DNA from: Deltaproteobacteria bacterium
GTDB taxonomy: Bacteria > Desulfobacterota > Binatia > Binatales > Binataceae
Direction of reading: 5' to 3'
DNA length: 64,000 bases
Assembly: GCA_003135135.1 (NCBI GenBank)
Contig: PLDK01000003.1
Coordinates: forward strand, 1,492 to 65,491
This document shows, in pieces, positions 1-8,976 of this stretch. The position numbers were made by a program, and so were the translations under genes. Numbering within the stretch: position 1 is the first letter of the stretch; the number at the start of each line of letters is the position of its first letter. The notes under the pieces were generated by a model. It was not told the DNA's origin. It worked only from the letters and a program-made list of their open reading frames with translations, and did not search any database.

Positions 1-586
1 CTACCGCATGACGGGGGTGTCGGGAAAAAAGAGACTGAGTCAGTAGTAAAATATATTTGATTACCTTCGATGCAAGTTGTTCGGATAATGGCAAGCCCGT
101 TCGAATGATTTTTCGTTCAGCGTCGATGAAGGTCTTTGCTATTTCGTCTATAGCCACAGGAATGTTGATGGCGTCCGCCAGCACTCGAGCCATTTGGGCG
201 TCAGCCTCGCGCCCTTTGTGTAGTAATTGCTCCCGCAAATAAACGTCGCCGAGTTTGGCCGCAAGGAGACGGTCACAGTACTTTGGAAAACCACGCGTTT
301 GATCATGGTCTATCAGCCGATGCTGTAGCTCGAGACGGCGGCCTCTTAATCCGCGTACGACCATTGTCGGCTTGAGCACGATGACTTGCCTCGGGAAGTC
401 AGCGAGGACTGCCATTGAACGAAAAATGGAAACGAGCGTATCGCCCTTATACGCCTCCATCGAGGCGTAGTCAGTTAAGACTGCAAAGTTGTTAATTGAT
501 TGTGAGAGATAGTCGCGAAGCATCGGGGACTGAAGCGCGTTGCTATCGACGACCATACGTGTCGGCCCTGACTTTTTGTACGGCAT
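1..586 (-). CDS. hypothetical protein, possibly PIN-like; runs off the left edge of the window
   Basis: Not in the ORF track (no stop inside the window). Hand translation from ATG 586 gives MPYKKSGPTRMVVDSNALQSPMLRDYLSQSINNFAVLTDYASMEAYKGDT..., open to position 1. The VVDSN and LTDYxxME motifs resemble a PIN-domain N-terminus. Confidence 0.6.
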   Translation of the reverse strand, partial: MPYKKSGPTRMVVDSNALQSPMLRDYLSQSINNFAVLTDYASMEAYKGDTLVSIFRSMAVLADFPRQVIVLKPTMVVRGLRGRRLELQHRLIDHDQTRGFPKYCDRLLAAKLGDVYLREQLLHKGREADAQMARVLADAINIPVAIDEIAKTFIDAERKIIRTGLPLSEQLASKVIKYILLLTQSLFSRHPRHAV

Positions 587-793
587 CTCTGTTAGCTCGA
601 AAAATGTGTCTTTTTGTGTCGGAGGCGAGCAAATCCGATACGATGGGAAGCCTCCCCGATTTGGAAAGTTCCCGCATTTTCCTATCCGATCCGATGCGAG
701 CCGATGCCGTTAGGCCCCCCTGATCACCTTAGCAATCTGGTGCCTTCGACCACTCGGCCGGGAAAGATAACCGCGAGGTAATTCCCCTAACCC

Positions 794-814
794 GTTCTAA
801 CAGGGCGAAGCCCG
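794..814. repeat. REP-like hairpin GTTCTAACAGGGCGAAGCCCG
   Basis: Identical 21-mer at 50999-51019; contains a GGGC-GAA-GCCC hairpin; both copies are intergenic. Confidence 0.6.
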
Positions 815-874
815 CATCTTCTCTTAACAGACGGGAAGCAACGAAAACGAAACCTGCGTGAGGTTTCGCTCTCT

Positions 875-1510
875 TCACTCTCTTGGGGGCGGGGGGAGGC
901 CGGCGCGGGCCAGATCAGACGGCGTATCCAGATCGAGATTGATTCCCGGATCGTCCAGGTCAACGTAGGCCACCCGCGACGCATCGGCATTCACCACGAA
1001 ACGCGCGCCCTCCTCTTCCGGCGCGGACATAAGTTCGCCGAACATTGCGCGATCGAAAATCACCGGATGGCCCCGGCGGCCATTGTGGCGCGCAATCACA
1101 ATCGGCTTGCCCGTTCGATTGTATGAATCGACTACGGCTCGAAACGTTTCCGCGCGGACCATCGGATGATCCCCGAGATGCACAAGCGCACCCGCCGAGT
1201 CCGGTTGAACAGCGCCGAGCCCGACCTTCAACGACGACAGTTGCCCGCGCGCATAGTTCGGATTCTCGACGATCGCGATGCGCTTGTCGTCAGGAATCGC
1301 GGCCCGCACGCGCTCGCGATGCGCCCCGATCACAATCACTAGCCGCGGCACCACTGCGAGCATCGTCTCTGCGATCTGCTCGATGAAGGTCCGCCCGCCG
1401 ATCTCGAGCAGCGGCTTCGGATAGCCCATCCGGCGCGACTCGCCCGCCGCCAGAATGATTCCCTCGAGCTGCTGCTTCATCGTGTCGATCTCAGGGGCCG
1501 GGGGCCGCAT
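875..1510 (-). CDS. mocA: MocA/YgfJ-like molybdenum cofactor nucleotidyltransferase (NTP_transf_3)
   Basis: GIILAAGESRRMGYPKPLL, GHPVIF and DLDTPSDL motifs; adjacent to xdhC. The start may be 1480. Confidence 0.8.
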   Translation of the reverse strand: MRPPAPEIDTMKQQLEGIILAAGESRRMGYPKPLLEIGGRTFIEQIAETMLAVVPRLVIVIGAHRERVRAAIPDDKRIAIVENPNYARGQLSSLKVGLGAVQPDSAGALVHLGDHPMVRAETFRAVVDSYNRTGKPIVIARHNGRRGHPVIFDRAMFGELMSAPEEEGARFVVNADASRVAYVDLDDPGINLDLDTPSDLARAGLPPPPRE

Positions 1511-1519
1511 CGATGCGAG

Positions 1520-2680
1520 CTACTTCAAGCGTTTGAGGATGCCGGAACGTACGCCGAGCGTGAAATCGTCGCGCTCGCCGGTCCGGCGCTCGCGAATAAT
1601 CTCCGCGATGATCGAGATCGCAATCTCGTCGGGCGTCTCGCCGCCAATCGCGACGCCGAGCGGCGCATGAACGTCGCCGAGCCGCTCGATCGGAACTCCG
1701 CTCTCGCCGATTCTCTCGAGCGTGGCCTTCACCCGGCGGCGCGAACCGATCATCCCGACGAATCCGCACGGCTGCATCAGCGCCGCGCGCACAACTTCCT
1801 CGTCGAAAGAATGACCGCGCGTGACGGAAACCAGATAACAGTGGCCGTCGAGCGCGAGCGAGTCGATCGCGGCCTTGAAGGGCTTGACGATTATTTCGTC
1901 GGCATCGGGGAACCGCTCACGATTCGCAAACGATGCGCGATCGTCGATCACCGTGACGTGAAACCCGAGCATCGCTCCGAGCACGCACAACGGCGCCGCG
2001 ATATGGCCCGCGCCGACGATTATCAGCCGCTGCGCACCAACGATCGGATCGACAAACAGGCGCACGCCGCCTTTGGGCTCGAGACGCGTGACAGGATGCA
2101 GACCGCCGGCGCCATCGACTTCGAGCAACGCGGGAATCGCCTCGGCGGTTCGCTCGATGATTTGTGCGAATTGCGCCGCGGGCAGATCGATCGGTCCCGC
2201 ATCGCGCGCGCCCGCATCGCGGGGATCGATAAACGTCCGCGACCCGGCCGGCATTTCGCTTCGCGAACCCGCATCGACCACCGTTATCAGTGCGCCGGAA
2301 GCACTGCGGCTGGCGGCGGCGGCCAGCTTGCGCGCGATTGGCAAGTCGCGGGCCGGGGACCACAGATCGACGAAGACGTCCATCACTCCGCCGCAGGTGC
2401 CGATCTCGCGCTGGTCGAAATCGCCGGTGAGATCGACTTCCGCAAGCCGCGCGCCGCTTTCGTTGCCTTCTTCAAGTAATACACGAGCTTTTCGAAAGAC
2501 CTCGGCTTCGCCGCATCCACCGCCGATGGTGCCGAACTGGCCGTCCTGGCGGACGATCATCTTGGCGCCGACTTCACGCGGCGTAGAGCCGCGAACGTTC
2601 ACCACCGTTGCCAGCGCAAATGGCTGACCGCGCTCCAGCGTGCGCAACGCCTCAGCCCAGATTTGATCCGAACCACTCAT
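1520..2680 (-). CDS. xdhC: XdhC/CoxI family molybdoenzyme accessory protein
   Basis: GSTPREVGAKM, GTIGGGCGE, CGG, GAGHIA, GMIGSRRR and ETPDEIAISI motifs. Confidence 0.88.
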   Translation of the reverse strand: MSGSDQIWAEALRTLERGQPFALATVVNVRGSTPREVGAKMIVRQDGQFGTIGGGCGEAEVFRKARVLLEEGNESGARLAEVDLTGDFDQREIGTCGGVMDVFVDLWSPARDLPIARKLAAAASRSASGALITVVDAGSRSEMPAGSRTFIDPRDAGARDAGPIDLPAAQFAQIIERTAEAIPALLEVDGAGGLHPVTRLEPKGGVRLFVDPIVGAQRLIIVGAGHIAAPLCVLGAMLGFHVTVIDDRASFANRERFPDADEIIVKPFKAAIDSLALDGHCYLVSVTRGHSFDEEVVRAALMQPCGFVGMIGSRRRVKATLERIGESGVPIERLGDVHAPLGVAIGGETPDEIAISIIAEIIRERRTGERDDFTLGVRSGILKRLK

Positions 2681-2741
2681 TTGGGAAGCCGCGATTAGAA
2701 CTTACCAGAACCCGCACTCGCGATGAATGCGGTCGCCGGTG

Positions 2742-3047
2742 TCAGTCGGAGATCTCGCGCAGATGGCGGAGGATCTCGCGGGCGCGGAGCAGGCTGTCCT
2801 CGGCGGATTTGTAATCGCCGGATTTGATTGCCGCCTCGCCCTTCTGTTCCAACTGGTTCGCGTCGAAGAGCTGCTTGCGCTCGACGGGATCAGTAGGTCC
2901 GCTGTCGCGCACGTGCGCGAGTTCGAGCGACACCTGCCGCTCCATCTCGACCAAATCCGGCGGCGGAGAAGCGGCCAGCGCCGGGCAGATGTCAACTAAA
3001 GTTGCAATTGCGGCAATCGCCGCGAAAAGTCGCGCGCCCGTCCTCAT
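2742..3047 (-). CDS. hypothetical secreted helical protein
   Basis: Likely start MRTGARLFAAIAAIATLV (signal-peptide-like). The upstream extension in the ORF track runs through a repeat element. Confidence 0.55.
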   Translation of the reverse strand: MRTGARLFAAIAAIATLVDICPALAASPPPDLVEMERQVSLELAHVRDSGPTDPVERKQLFDANQLEQKGEAAIKSGDYKSAEDSLLRAREILRHLREISD

Positions 3048-3112
3048 CGAGACTGAATTGTTATGGAATCGATCGAGGATTTCCAGCGGTGGTAAGCCAG
3101 GAGGGGTGAGGG

Positions 3113-3296
3113 GGAAATTCACTTGATTGAATGTGAAACCCTCGGTGGGTTTCACACTTCCGTCGGCAGGGGCTGCAGCCCCTGCACCCGCAGTGAGAAG
3201 ACGCGAAAATCTGCGCAGCGCATCTTTTCGCGACTACGCGATGGGCAGGTGTGACCCCTGCAGCCAGTGTGAAGGGCGCCCGTCGCAACGGGCGGC
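3113..3296. repeat. composite REP-like palindromic cluster
   Basis: Contains TGTGAAACCC-N5-GGGTTTCACA, GGCAGGGG-ctgcag-CCCCTGCACCC and GCCCGTcgcaACGGGC modules. Related modules occur at 50848-51138, mostly in inverted orientation. Confidence 0.6.
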
Positions 3297-3304
3297 GCGA
3301 GTGG

Positions 3305-4126
3305 CTAAGGGGTCGTATCTTCTGCCACCGTGCAGGAAATGCTGCCATCCGGACCCGGAGCCTGGGTACATGTGCACAGACACTCATTGATATCCGGAAG
3401 TGGCGGTCCGTCGAGCTGTAGCGCAAGGAATTTCGGGACTCCGGTTGCGGCTCCAACGGAGAGAGTGGTTCCGTTAGCGGTGGGGTTAGGCACGCTGCAG
3501 GATGCACAGGCGCTTGCGTCACATCTGCTTCCTTTGGGTGCCGTCGGATGGTACGGGCCGAACACCTGATATCCGAAGCTATCCGAGCTGCCTGGCGTCG
3601 AGCCAGATGAGATCGGGCAGGAGCAAATGATCTCATCATCGTCGAGCCGGCCAGCGAAGCCCGGGAACCTTTGACCCGTGCTGCTCTTGAAGCAAATGCC
3701 ACCGTCACATTGGCCATAGGCTACCGGCGCGATCACGCCACTCCCCGCGTCAGCCGATCCAGGGCAGGTGTAGACGGCCGCGCGACCACCTTTCGTCACA
3801 TCATCGGGCAGGCTGAAGGTGCTCACCATATAACCATTCGTCTTGCCCTGCCGGTTCACATCACAGACATTTTGCTCGTCGATGGGGCTTGAGTAGCTGA
3901 GCTGGAGACTGATGCTGTCACCTCGCAAGATATCGCACTTGCAATAAGCGACTCCGTCATAAACGAAGCAACTCGCCGCGGCGCAGAGCGCGTAACGCTG
4001 CTTTTTGCAAATCACGAAGGGCGGCTCGGGATCGAGCGACGGATCCAGGTGGAAGCCGAACGCTGATACCGCGGTGAAGAGTTGGACGGCCACCATGACA
4101 GACGTAGCTTTAAGGAACCAACGCAT
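3305..4126 (-). CDS. cysteine-rich secreted hypothetical protein
   Basis: Signal-like N-terminus MRWFLKATSVMVAVQLFTAVSAFG; 18 Cys counted in the mature region; ATG 5 nt after the stop of the upstream activator. Confidence 0.7.
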   Translation of the reverse strand: MRWFLKATSVMVAVQLFTAVSAFGFHLDPSLDPEPPFVICKKQRYALCAAASCFVYDGVAYCKCDILRGDSISLQLSYSSPIDEQNVCDVNRQGKTNGYMVSTFSLPDDVTKGGRAAVYTCPGSADAGSGVIAPVAYGQCDGGICFKSSTGQRFPGFAGRLDDDEIICSCPISSGSTPGSSDSFGYQVFGPYHPTAPKGSRCDASACASCSVPNPTANGTTLSVGAATGVPKFLALQLDGPPLPDINECLCTCTQAPGPDGSISCTVAEDTTP

Positions 4127-4130
4127 AATC

Positions 4131-5291
4131 TTAGAAAGGGCGCTGAAGGGATGGCCGGTGCGGATTATCGGCGATCCCATAGCGAATGAGCATCCGGTAG
4201 AGCGTTGAGCGCGAAACGCCCAGCAGGCCGGCGGCGCGCCGTCGATTTCCCTCGGTCTCTTCGAGCGAACGCATCAGGGTCTTCTTGACTACGTCATCGA
4301 GCAGGAACCCTGGCGGCTCACCGGCGAAATCTATGCTGGGCAAGTGGCGCGCGACTGGCGCAGCCGGGTAGCCGTTGGCGGACGATTGCTCGTGCGGGTA
4401 CAACAACTCGGCGCCGGTTCCGTCCACGATCTGCTTGGGGAGATCGGATACGCCGATGTTGTTGCTCTCGCTTAAAATCACGGCGCTTTCGATCGCATTG
4501 GAGAGTTCCCGGACATTTCCCGGCCACTGATATGCGCAGAGGATCTCGATGGCGCGACGTGAGATTTCCGAGACATTTTTGCCGAACAGGCGATTGTATT
4601 GTTCGATGAAAAACCCGATGAAGGCCGGGATAGCCTCGCGCCGTTCCCGCAGCGGCGGGATAAAGATCGCCGAAGCGCTCATGCGGTAGTAGAGATCGTC
4701 GCGAAACTGGCCCGCTCTGACCATCGCGTGCAAGTCGCGGTTGGTCGCGGCGACCAAACGGAGATCAACCTTGTAGCAATGCGACGATCCGACCGGCTGA
4801 ACCTCGTGCGTCTCGACCGAGCGCAACAGCTTGGGCTGGAGCTTGAGCGGCAATTCGCCGATCTCGTCAAGGAACAGCGTGCCTCCGTTGGCGGATCGGA
4901 AGTAGCCCTGCGACTCCTCGCGTGCGTCGGTAAAGGCGCCGCGAACGTGGCCGAATAACTGCGACTCGGCCAACGATTCGACGAGGTTGGAGCAGTTCAG
5001 CGTCACGAAGGGACCGTTTGGAACCGGACCCAGCGTGTGGAGCGCGCGCGCGACCAATTCCTTTCCGGTTCCGGATTCGCCTGAAATCAGCACGGTCGCT
5101 TTGTACGGACTGAGCAACGATACCGACTTCAAGACCTTGCGCACCTGCGCTGATCGTACGACCATGCCGCCGAGCCGATCCGCACTGTGCACGAGATGGT
5201 CGAGCGACACCATCTCGCTTGCCCCGTCTCCGATAGGGAGCGTTCCCGATGCGAGATTTCCTGGTGCCAATTGAGTGTCTGCGTGCTGCAC
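4131..5291 (-). CDS. sigma54-dependent activator (bEBP; AAA+ and Fis HTH) without an N-terminal sensor domain
   Basis: GESGTGKE, FGHVRGAFTDA, GGTLFLDEI, FRDDLYYR and WPGNVREL motifs; C-terminal AAGLLGVSRSTLYR. Confidence 0.9.
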   Translation of the reverse strand: MQHADTQLAPGNLASGTLPIGDGASEMVSLDHLVHSADRLGGMVVRSAQVRKVLKSVSLLSPYKATVLISGESGTGKELVARALHTLGPVPNGPFVTLNCSNLVESLAESQLFGHVRGAFTDAREESQGYFRSANGGTLFLDEIGELPLKLQPKLLRSVETHEVQPVGSSHCYKVDLRLVAATNRDLHAMVRAGQFRDDLYYRMSASAIFIPPLRERREAIPAFIGFFIEQYNRLFGKNVSEISRRAIEILCAYQWPGNVRELSNAIESAVILSESNNIGVSDLPKQIVDGTGAELLYPHEQSSANGYPAAPVARHLPSIDFAGEPPGFLLDDVVKKTLMRSLEETEGNRRRAAGLLGVSRSTLYRMLIRYGIADNPHRPSLQRPF

Positions 5292-5664
5292 AGTCCTACC
5301 TCTTTGGCCTGTAGTAACAGGTCAACAACAACTATCAGAGCAAGTGACGGGCCATCGTCTCGGAATCGGGACACTCATTGAACGTTGTCTCTAATAGGCA
5401 CAACTACGCGCCGCGCCGCATGGGGCGCGCGATGCGACATTTCAGTGTCATCGAGCAGGTCAGAATGCGACATTGGTTTGCCGCTGGAGATTGGCGCGGG
5501 TGGCAGCAGCGCAGGTCGATTAGCTATACGCCCAGCAGCCATTCAGCGCCTCGTCAGCGAGTGTGGATAGTCGCATTTTGTCGGAGTTTCAGAGCGTCCA
5601 CATCGAGCGTACAATCCGACGACATGCGGCTAGTCAATAACAAATTCGGATGAGGGATAGGAAT

Positions 5665-5895
5665 ATGCCACAATCCAAAACTCACTGTTCTTCCCGCTTC
5701 TGCAATAAATTTCAGGACGAGAGCAAGGTCTACGCACTGGGAGCGGGTGAATTCCATTGTGAGTGCGAAGCTGGGCACCAGTTCCACAACAAAATGCAGC
5801 AGGTTGCGGAGGGAGAAGTGCTGGAAGGACCTTGCCCGCGAAAATGCAAGTACCACGACAAGACGAGGCCTGCCGTTAAGCTCGCGACGGTATGA
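5665..5895 (+). CDS. small Cys/His-rich hypothetical protein (possible metal binder)
   Basis: Purine-rich RBS (GAGGGATAGGA) before ATG 5665; Cx4C...CxCx3Hx2H...Cx3Cx2H pattern in 76 aa. Confidence 0.45.
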   Translation: MPQSKTHCSSRFCNKFQDESKVYALGAGEFHCECEAGHQFHNKMQQVAEGEVLEGPCPRKCKYHDKTRPAVKLATV

Positions 5896-5935
5896 TCGAT
5901 TTCGATAAAGCTGACCGAATAGAGACTCGAATCTG

Positions 5936-6373
5936 ATGCTCGCGAAAGAGAAACGGTTTGCCATCCGGTCAATCGCTGTCGGAATAGTTGCCACTGGACT
6001 AGTTGCAGGCTTCTGTACATGGCAAGTGCAGCGAGCTGACGCTCGGCTCGAAGCGCTGCGGCACATCCCAACAGACGAGGAACTGAGACCGGTGCCAACA
6101 GCGCTCTCAACCCCGAAGGTTTTGCATGATCGCGATTTCGTTCCTGAGGCCGACCTGCCGAAACCAACAGGACACTGGGAGACTCTAGAAGGCGCGACCG
6201 TCGATCCCGACTTAGTTGAAGCTGAAACACAAGCAAATCAAGCTCACGATAGTCGCCTTTTTCTCAGCCTTCTGACCCTCGCCGTTTTTTCCCTGCCGCT
6301 TGTATGGTATTTGCTGCTTGACCGAATTCGTGAAATCAGCGCGGCAGTCTCAGGGCGGGACAAATCAAACTAA
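5936..6373 (+). CDS. hypothetical membrane protein (two TM segments)
   Basis: Hydrophobic stretches at both termini. Confidence 0.55.
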   Translation: MLAKEKRFAIRSIAVGIVATGLVAGFCTWQVQRADARLEALRHIPTDEELRPVPTALSTPKVLHDRDFVPEADLPKPTGHWETLEGATVDPDLVEAETQANQAHDSRLFLSLLTLAVFSLPLVWYLLLDRIREISAAVSGRDKSN

Positions 6374-6528
6374 GACCTTGTTCGTCCAGTAGTTTGACTT
6401 AGTGCCTCGCGCGCGTTCGCACCTTGGCCCGCGGCCATGTTCGCCAAATCGAACTGTGCCCGCTGCACCGCGGCATCGCCATCGAGTGCGCGCGAGCGTG
6501 AAATCAGGCACCAGCTCCGCTTAATAGT

Positions 6529-7014
6529 TCAATTCAATAAGGCGCGGAGCTGCGCCAGCGCGGATAGGCAAGTCAGATCGCCGGGCGCGAATGCGAGTGC
6601 GCCTTCGAATTCGTCGATCGCCCGTTTCACCATTCCCTTGGCAGCGTAGATTCGGCCCAGGTTCATGAACGGATAATGACGCGGATCGTAACGCGGCGCG
6701 GTCTTGGCTTTTTCGAGCCACGGGACGGCCTCGTCGAGCTCGCCCTTGGCGATTAGATATGCGCCGATGTCGTTGTACGGATTGCCAAAGGCGGGATCGA
6801 TTTCGATGGCGCACCGACACTGGGCGATCGCGTCGTCGATTCGTCCCATCCCTTCGAACGCCCATCCCCGAAATGTGTAGGCCTCGGCGGTCGGAAAGAC
6901 TTCAATCGATTTTGTGTAGAGCTCGACCGCGCGTTCGAGATCGTGGTTCATGTGAAAGCGCATCGCCTCGTTCCATAACTCAAGCGCACGCATCCGCGGT
7001 TCCGCGTCAGCCAT
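6529..7014 (-). CDS. tetratricopeptide repeat protein (TadD-like position)
   Basis: TPR patterns AEAYTFRGWAF, PYNDIGAYL and PFMNLGRIY; directly downstream of tadC. Confidence 0.8.
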   Translation of the reverse strand: MADAEPRMRALELWNEAMRFHMNHDLERAVELYTKSIEVFPTAEAYTFRGWAFEGMGRIDDAIAQCRCAIEIDPAFGNPYNDIGAYLIAKGELDEAVPWLEKAKTAPRYDPRHYPFMNLGRIYAAKGMVKRAIDEFEGALAFAPGDLTCLSALAQLRALLN

Positions 7015-7058
7015 GATCGATCGGTTATTGTGCCGGCGCGGGCGCGTCAAGAGCGTTG

Positions 7059-8006
7059 CTACGGCTTGGGAACCGAGGTAAGGGCACGCATGATCTGAAT
7101 CATGGCGGGGCCGACGATCACGCTCATCATGGCGGGCAAAATGAACAGCACGAGCGGGAAGAGAATCTTGACCGTGGTTTTTGCCGCGGCTTCTTCAGCG
7201 CGCAGGCGGCGGGTGGAGCGCATCGAGTCCGAGATGGATCGGAGCGCGGGACCGATTGACGCGCCCAGCCTTTCGCTCTGCACCATAGTCGCGGCCAGCG
7301 GTTTGATGTCGTCGACGGCGGTGCGATCGGCGAAACTTTTCAGCGCCTGGCCAAGCGAATTGCCGGAGGCGAGCTCGGCTGACACGATCGACAGCTCGGC
7401 GCCTATTTCCTGATTTTGGCGCTGGGTTTCGGAACCGACGACCTTGATGGCTTCGCTGAGGCCGAGGCCGGCTTCGACGCAGACCACCAGCAAATCCAAA
7501 ACGTCGGAAAGTTGGCTGGCGATCAACTGCTGACGGTTTTTGGCCTTGCGGCCGACATAGTAGCCGGGTGCGAATGCGCCGACGCCCAGGCCCATCAACA
7601 TGAACATCAGCGGCTTGACGCCGTAGAAGCCGAATGCGATCGCGACGACGAGCGCGAGGAGCGCAGTACCGGCCGTCGATGAGAGGCGGGTGAAGTGAAA
7701 GATGCGTACGGCGCGGGACCCGGGAAAGCCGGCGCGAACCAGGGTCTGTGCGAGCTTCTCGCGCTCCGGAGTATTCGGCGCGGGTTCGGGAAGATGCTTG
7801 GCGACCCATCGAAACAGCGACCGGGTATAGGAATCGGAATCCATGTCGATATTGGCGGGATTTCCATAGGCGACGCGCATCTTGACGCCGATCTCGGTGA
7901 TGCGCTCGTCGAAGGGGCGATTGATCCCGTAGATGGCCGCGTAGATCGCGATGGAGATCGCGCCGAACAGGAAAAATACCGTCAAGCTCGCATAGATAGC
8001 CGGCAT
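7059..8006 (-). CDS. tadC: Tad pilus assembly protein TadC (T2SS-F family)
   Basis: DVLDLLVVCVEAGLGLSEA and EEAAAKTTVKILFPLVLFILPA motifs. Confidence 0.9.
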   Translation of the reverse strand: MPAIYASLTVFFLFGAISIAIYAAIYGINRPFDERITEIGVKMRVAYGNPANIDMDSDSYTRSLFRWVAKHLPEPAPNTPEREKLAQTLVRAGFPGSRAVRIFHFTRLSSTAGTALLALVVAIAFGFYGVKPLMFMLMGLGVGAFAPGYYVGRKAKNRQQLIASQLSDVLDLLVVCVEAGLGLSEAIKVVGSETQRQNQEIGAELSIVSAELASGNSLGQALKSFADRTAVDDIKPLAATMVQSERLGASIGPALRSISDSMRSTRRLRAEEAAAKTTVKILFPLVLFILPAMMSVIVGPAMIQIMRALTSVPKP

Positions 8007-8016
8007 CGCAGTTACT

Positions 8017-8976
8017 TCAGTACTTCACCTTCAGGAGCTTGCGAATTGAGAGGAACGCCAGGGCGTCGAGCACGCAGGCAACTTCGAGAATCTTTTGGCC
8101 GGACGGATCGTAAAAGAGCGTGTTGGTGTAGCTTGGCTGGATGATACTGAACGCACCCAGCATCACGATCGGCAGGAAGCCGACCAGTATCCCGCTCATC
8201 CTGGATTGGGCCGTAAGCGCCTTGATTTGCTGTTGCAGACGCTGGCGGGTGCGAACGATTTCCGAGAGCCGTCCGATTATTATTGCCAGCGAACTGCCGA
8301 CTTCCGCCTGGACCCGGACCGCGACGACCAGCAGGCGGAGGTCATCCTGGGGCACGCGCTTGAGCATCTCTTCGAGCGCGCGGGGCAGCGGCAGCCCGAG
8401 CCGGCTCTGTTCGATAGCGGAGCGGAATTCGGTGGAGATCGGATCGGCGAACTCGGCCACCACGACTTGCAATCCGCGCAGCAGCGTATGGCCGGCTTCG
8501 AGTGACGATTTGATCAAATCGAGCGCGTACGGCAGTTGCTTGGCGAATGCCTTGAGGCGCCGCTGCCTGCGCAGCCGGATATAAATTATCGGCAGGCTTG
8601 CCATCGCCGCGCCCATCGCGATCGACAGGAGTTCCAACCCCCAAATCGCCTCGCCGGCGATCAGGCCGGCCGTGAACATCACCAGGATCACGAGCAGTAC
8701 GTCGACGATGCGGGCGTAGATTCCGGCCTGCCAGAGGTTTTCCTCGAGTTTTTGGAGCAGATTGAGCCGATAGAACCAGCTTAGAAATTCGCGTCCGGTA
8801 AGGCGGCGACGATCGGTCTTGGTGATGTCGTCGGCCAGGGCGACATTGGGCCGCGACATCCGGCGCATCACGGTGCGCGTGACGCGGGGCCGATTGGGCC
8901 GCATGAACAGCATCGCGCAGGCAATCAGCACGAGGCCCGCGGCCGCAGCCGGAATCAACAGGTCGCCGAGGTTCAT
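8017..8976 (-). CDS. tadB: Tad pilus assembly protein TadB (T2SS-F family)
   Basis: [17 protein letters not shown] and [10 protein letters not shown] motifs; lies between cpaF and tadC. Confidence 0.9.
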   Translation of the reverse strand: MNLGDLLIPAAAAGLVLIACAMLFMRPNRPRVTRTVMRRMSRPNVALADDITKTDRRRLTGREFLSWFYRLNLLQKLEENLWQAGIYARIVDVLLVILVMFTAGLIAGEAIWGLELLSIAMGAAMASLPIIYIRLRRQRRLKAFAKQLPYALDLIKSSLEAGHTLLRGLQVVVAEFADPISTEFRSAIEQSRLGLPLPRALEEMLKRVPQDDLRLLVVAVRVQAEVGSSLAIIIGRLSEIVRTRQRLQQQIKALTAQSRMSGILVGFLPIVMLGAFSIIQPSYTNTLFYDPSGQKILEVACVLDALAFLSIRKLLKVKY

